Source: Octopus vulgaris
Lineage: Eukaryota
Direction of reading: 5' to 3'
DNA length: 64,000 bases
Assembly (NCBI GenBank): GCA_951406725.2
Contig: OX597817.1
Coordinates: 66,712,001 to 66,776,000, forward strand
Both the position numbers and the translations under genes were made by a program. Shown here one piece after another: positions 58,801 through 64,000 of the stretch. The notes below the pieces were generated by a model that worked only from the letters and a program-made list of their open reading frames with translations, was not told where the DNA came from and made no database searches. Position 1 is the stretch's first letter. Each line of letters opens with the position of its first letter.

Positions 58801-61554
58801 TAAAAGAAACATTTACATATCACCCATCTTCTCTGAAATTGTTAGTATAAATTATTACATGGTCACATTTATGTGATGAATATTCTCAATGAGAATTTTT
58901 TTGTCCAAGATTCATGCCTTTACCACTGATTGTTTTAACTGAGCTCCATTTTTATAATAATTAAATAGATATTGCTAAAAAATGTAAGTTTTCTGGCTAT
59001 AAATACAACCTAAATTTTTCACCAGTGAATATCTTGGCCTTTTGTTTATCTAGTCTCTAAATTCTCTAGGTAACATTCCATCAGATCAGTTAGTGATGTG
59101 ATGGTGTAATAAACGATGTCTGAAAACAAAATGCCAGTGAACTTCGGACATAGGCAAATGTTAAAACCAAAACGTAATTTAATAGAACTTGGGATGCATC
59201 CATACAGTTTCTTGTAAACTTTGTGCTGTCACTCAACCTGCTAGAAATGGCAGCGAAATTGTTACCAAATCGCATTTTAACATTTTAAACAAGGCAATGA
59301 TACACAATGGCGTAGTTAGAGTGTGTGCCATCTGGGGTAGCCCTTTGGTTTGCTTCCTCCTGGGTCCCCAACATTATGTAAGTTAGTATCCTAATGTTTG
59401 CAATCAAATTTATAGATCATATTGGTCAACCACAGTTTGTTGTTGGGAGCACATGTTTCTGGTGTGTTGTTCATAAGAATGTGGCTTTGGAGTTTTTATA
59501 ATATAATACTAGATTAAGTCTACAGCCAGGTGTGATTGTTGCATTCTGTGCTGCATTTCACAAAGGTTTTTATTAGATGTTAAGCTGACTGATAGTTTTT
59601 GTGCATTTGGTTCATGTAATAGATTTTATGTGTGGTTTGTGTATTTCTATTAGGTGTATTGTCTGACATATTTGCTGTATTTCCATATGTTAGTTCACTA
59701 GTCTATTAGAATATAAATTGTTAATTAATGTTTGTTAATTCTATATATTTCTTACTCTAATGTTTTGTTTCAGGACAAGTATATAAATGATCTTCTGAGG
59801 AGTGATTGACTGACGTCTTATTATTGTGTAGATATTCACTGTTTCCATATAGGTATATGCATTTGTTTGATTCTTTGGTGTGTACTGATGTAATGCATGT
59901 TTTTTAACAATCTATACATTCATGTATAAAAATAGGGTCTCATTTTCATTATTTTGGAAATGAAAGAAGAAAATAAAAAACAAATGAACAAGAACGACAT
60001 TCTATGAATTCTAAACAAATTTTGAGAAAAAGTCATAATTTTTACAGTTGCAACCAAACCCTAGCTCTAAACTTGACCCTACCTTACCCCTAAACCTAAC
60101 TGTGTAAGTATGAAAAAATATAATGAAAGAAAATGGAAACATTAACCTATAAATGTTAAGAAAATTTCAAAAATGTAAGAGAGATAGATAGGTAACAGTT
60201 ATGAAATTGTACTATAAACTTGACAAGATCTGTAAAAGGCCACAATTGTCGTATCTGCAGCTTGACTTTAACCCTAACACTATAACTCACACTATTCAAA
60301 CACTTGACTGAAAACAGGAAACAGATGCCATGCCTCGTAAGTGTGTCTATTATGGAAATGATGAGTGCAACTTCTAGTGTGTTGATAATGGAAGTTTCTA
60401 ACTAACTTAAATTTCGAAATTTAATGTTTTGTTACTTTTTTTTTTTTATTAATTTGTGTCAAAAATGAAAGTGATTTTCATAATTAGCATACAAAATTAC
60501 ATTGGTGTAATAATTTGAAAAGAATTAAATGCTGCCCACAAACCCCACCAACACACACCAAACTCTAGCCCATGGATGTGCTGTCTCTTCATCATGCCTT
60601 TTGTAACTCACCAACATTCCAGCCTTTGGCTCACAAATATTGTCTTCAAAGTTTGATTTTTCCACTGCTATTAGTGACCTCTGCTACTTGGACCAAACTG
60701 ATTTCATAGAACCTTTACTTTGACCAAGCTGATTTCATACAACCTTTACTTAGACCCAGCAAACTCACTATTCTTCCCTTCTCTTATCACCTAAACTGTG
60801 TCCATGCAATTTGGCCCCACACTAACCAATCTCTCTCAGTACCTCCCTTCAGAACATAATTCATCTAGAATTCTTTATCTGCACATATTTTTCTCCTGTG
60901 GCTATCAACTTCTAAAAATTCAAGAGGAACATCAACCACATTGATTTCTTGGAAGGCATGCAAAGTCCATGATTATTGCCCTGCCTTTTTAAGAACAAAT
61001 AATTTTAAAATGTCTGGGTTGACTTGGAGTTTAACAATGTAAAGGTAAAGTAAAGTTCCTTCCCGAGTTGCAGGATTACTCGTTTGTGCCAGCTGAGTGA
61101 ACTGGAGAAAAAAATGAAGTGTTTTGCTCAAGAACACAATGTGTCAGCCAGTTCAGGAATCGAAACCACAATCTTATGATCATGGGAACAACATCTTAAC
61201 CACGAAGCCATATGTCTCCACATTAAGCAATGACAACAATGTTATTGAATATTAACATTTATAAATTTTTTTTAATTGTTTTTAAAATACAGTACATTTT
61301 TTTTTTATAGAAAAGAGAGAGAAGAATGAAAATCTGTCTAATGTGAAAAATGAAAATATAGTGATGATAATGATGATGGTAGAGTTGATGATAAATAAGA
61401 ATGATTTTAGTAGTGGAAAGGAAGATAGTGGTAGAGATGATGACAATAATGATGGTGATGATGAAGACCAATTATGATGAGATTGCTTTTGAAAATTTAG
61501 ACTGACAAACAGCAAATAGCACTGATGATTATGCAGTTTATATTCCTACCCAAA

Positions 61555-62444
<890 letters not shown>

Positions 62445-62445
<1 letters not shown>

Positions 62446-64000
62446 ATAAATATTAGGGAATAAATCCAAATTTACAGGGAAAAAAATCAGATTTAGGATT
62501 AAATCCAATTTTATAGTAAAATATTATAAAATATTATTATAGACAAAACCACTATTTTGCAAAACAAACAAGGAAAGACTTAATCAATACATAAAATTTT
62601 AATAAATAGTCAAAAAAACTGCCACTACAATCGTTTCTTGTATACTTTCACCCATCCGCACGGATGTGTTAGTGAATCTCCGGTGTATATGTTGAGGCTT
62701 ATATGTAGCGCTTTGGAGGCGAACGTCGTTGAAATTGTGAATGAATGGGTGGAGTTGGGAATTGTAACCGGGTGGTGGACTAGCGTTGATTGGAATTGTG
62801 AGTGGATTAGTGTAGTAGTGAGGTAGGCATCGAGAATGGGTTGGGTTGCTGCAAGTAGTTTGTTAGAGCTGTTAAGGTGAGCTAAAGCTCATAAATGTAT
62901 ATAATGATTTTTCCTGGTAGTTTTTTTAAAGAATCCATTCATAATAAATTTTTTTAAGTAGTGTTGGTTTGCCTGTGGATATAGTTTTTAGTTCCATTTA
63001 TTCTTTTTCTCCATTCATAATTTTAAATGACGTTTACTTTCCATGGCGCGTATTCTTTTTTTACATAAGTTATTTCTATGGTAACGTAATTTTGGTTTGC
63101 TTTTTTTAACGGCTAAGAATTTAATTTCACTTCATAATTTGAAACTGACTTGTATGTATTTTATTTATCCTTATGTCATATTGTTATTTTTGATATTCTG
63201 GTTAATTACGATGTATTTAATGTTGTTATCATAGGAGTGTTTATGTATATGAGATTGTGTGTGAGTTTTTAGTTGTATAATTTATTTATCTGTATGAGTG
63301 TGGGTGTGTAAATATTGTTGTATATATCGAGTTTAGTGAGTATGTATATGCGTATATGTGAGGGAGTATATGTATCTGTTATGTGTGTGTGTTTTGCGTG
63401 TGTGTGTGTTTGTGTGTGAATGTGTATATGGGTTTGTTATTTTTGGGATGTATGTGTTAATTTGTCTGTGTGGGGAGGGAGTGGGTTTTGGTGTATATTG
63501 AGGTTTATAAGTTAGTATAGGTATGTGTATAAGTCGTGGGTCTGTGGTTTATGTGTGTGTATTTGTGTGTGAATGTTTAGGTTAGGGGGATTGCTATATA
63601 GGTTTGTTATAGAGTTTAGCAAAGGGAGTTTTTATCGTTATAGGTTTTAAGAGTTTTGGTTTATCATGGTTTTTTTAGGGAATTTGTGGTAATTTGTCTA
63701 TTTTCGATGTTGGTTGTTTTATTACATTGTTTCATTCATAATTTTTGAGTGGTGTTCGTTTTGCCACGTGAATATTATTTTTAATTCCATTTATTCCATT
63801 TCTCCATTCATTAATTTAGAGATGTTCGTTTCCAGAGCGGTGTGGTTTACGTGTGTGTATTTGTGTGTGCATGTTTAGGTTAGGGGGATTGCTATATAAG
63901 TATGTTATAGAGTTTAGTAAAGCGAGATTTTATCATTTTATGTTTTTTGTGAGTTTTGGTTTATCATGGTAGGTTTGTTAAGGAATTACTCTCACCCATC
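62445..64000 (-). mobile_element. Possible Penelope-like remnant with strong strand asymmetry and internal duplications
   Basis: 3' half of a hammerhead (GAAACGATTGTAGTG) on the minus strand at 62623-62637; G/T-rich plus strand; duplications 63543-63670/63841-63970 and 62992-63045/63785-63835. Confidence 0.4.

Noticed and set aside
59780-59850. CTGAGGA followed by a GTGA...TCAC stem
   Set aside because: GAAA and stem III are missing; at best a truncated relic.

Overview
AT-rich, microsatellite- and transposon-dense animal genomic DNA. The SINE/LINE repertoire looks like an octopod cephalopod; this is inferred from recalled repeat families, not from a search. The one clear host gene is a NEK1-like NIMA-family Ser/Thr kinase on the minus strand. 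It starts at ATG 41669 and has at least 24 phase-compatible GT-AG coding exons (1607 nt) down to 764; no stop codon is reached, so the gene probably continues past the left edge. A perfect RFX X-box lies about 1 kb upstream. Introns and upstream DNA hold RTE, CR1-like, L1/Tx1 and R4/Dong LINE copies, tRNA-derived SINEs, a mariner, non-autonomous Helitrons, a fold-back MITE and Penelope-like remnants. The most interesting signal is invisible in the ORF track: several minimal type-I hammerhead ribozyme motifs. One is intact (22923-22967) and closes a non-coding 353-nt tandem unit running from cleavage site to cleavage site. This is a candidate non-LTR retrozyme (self-cleaving, possibly circRNA-producing retroelement) inside a NEK1 intron.
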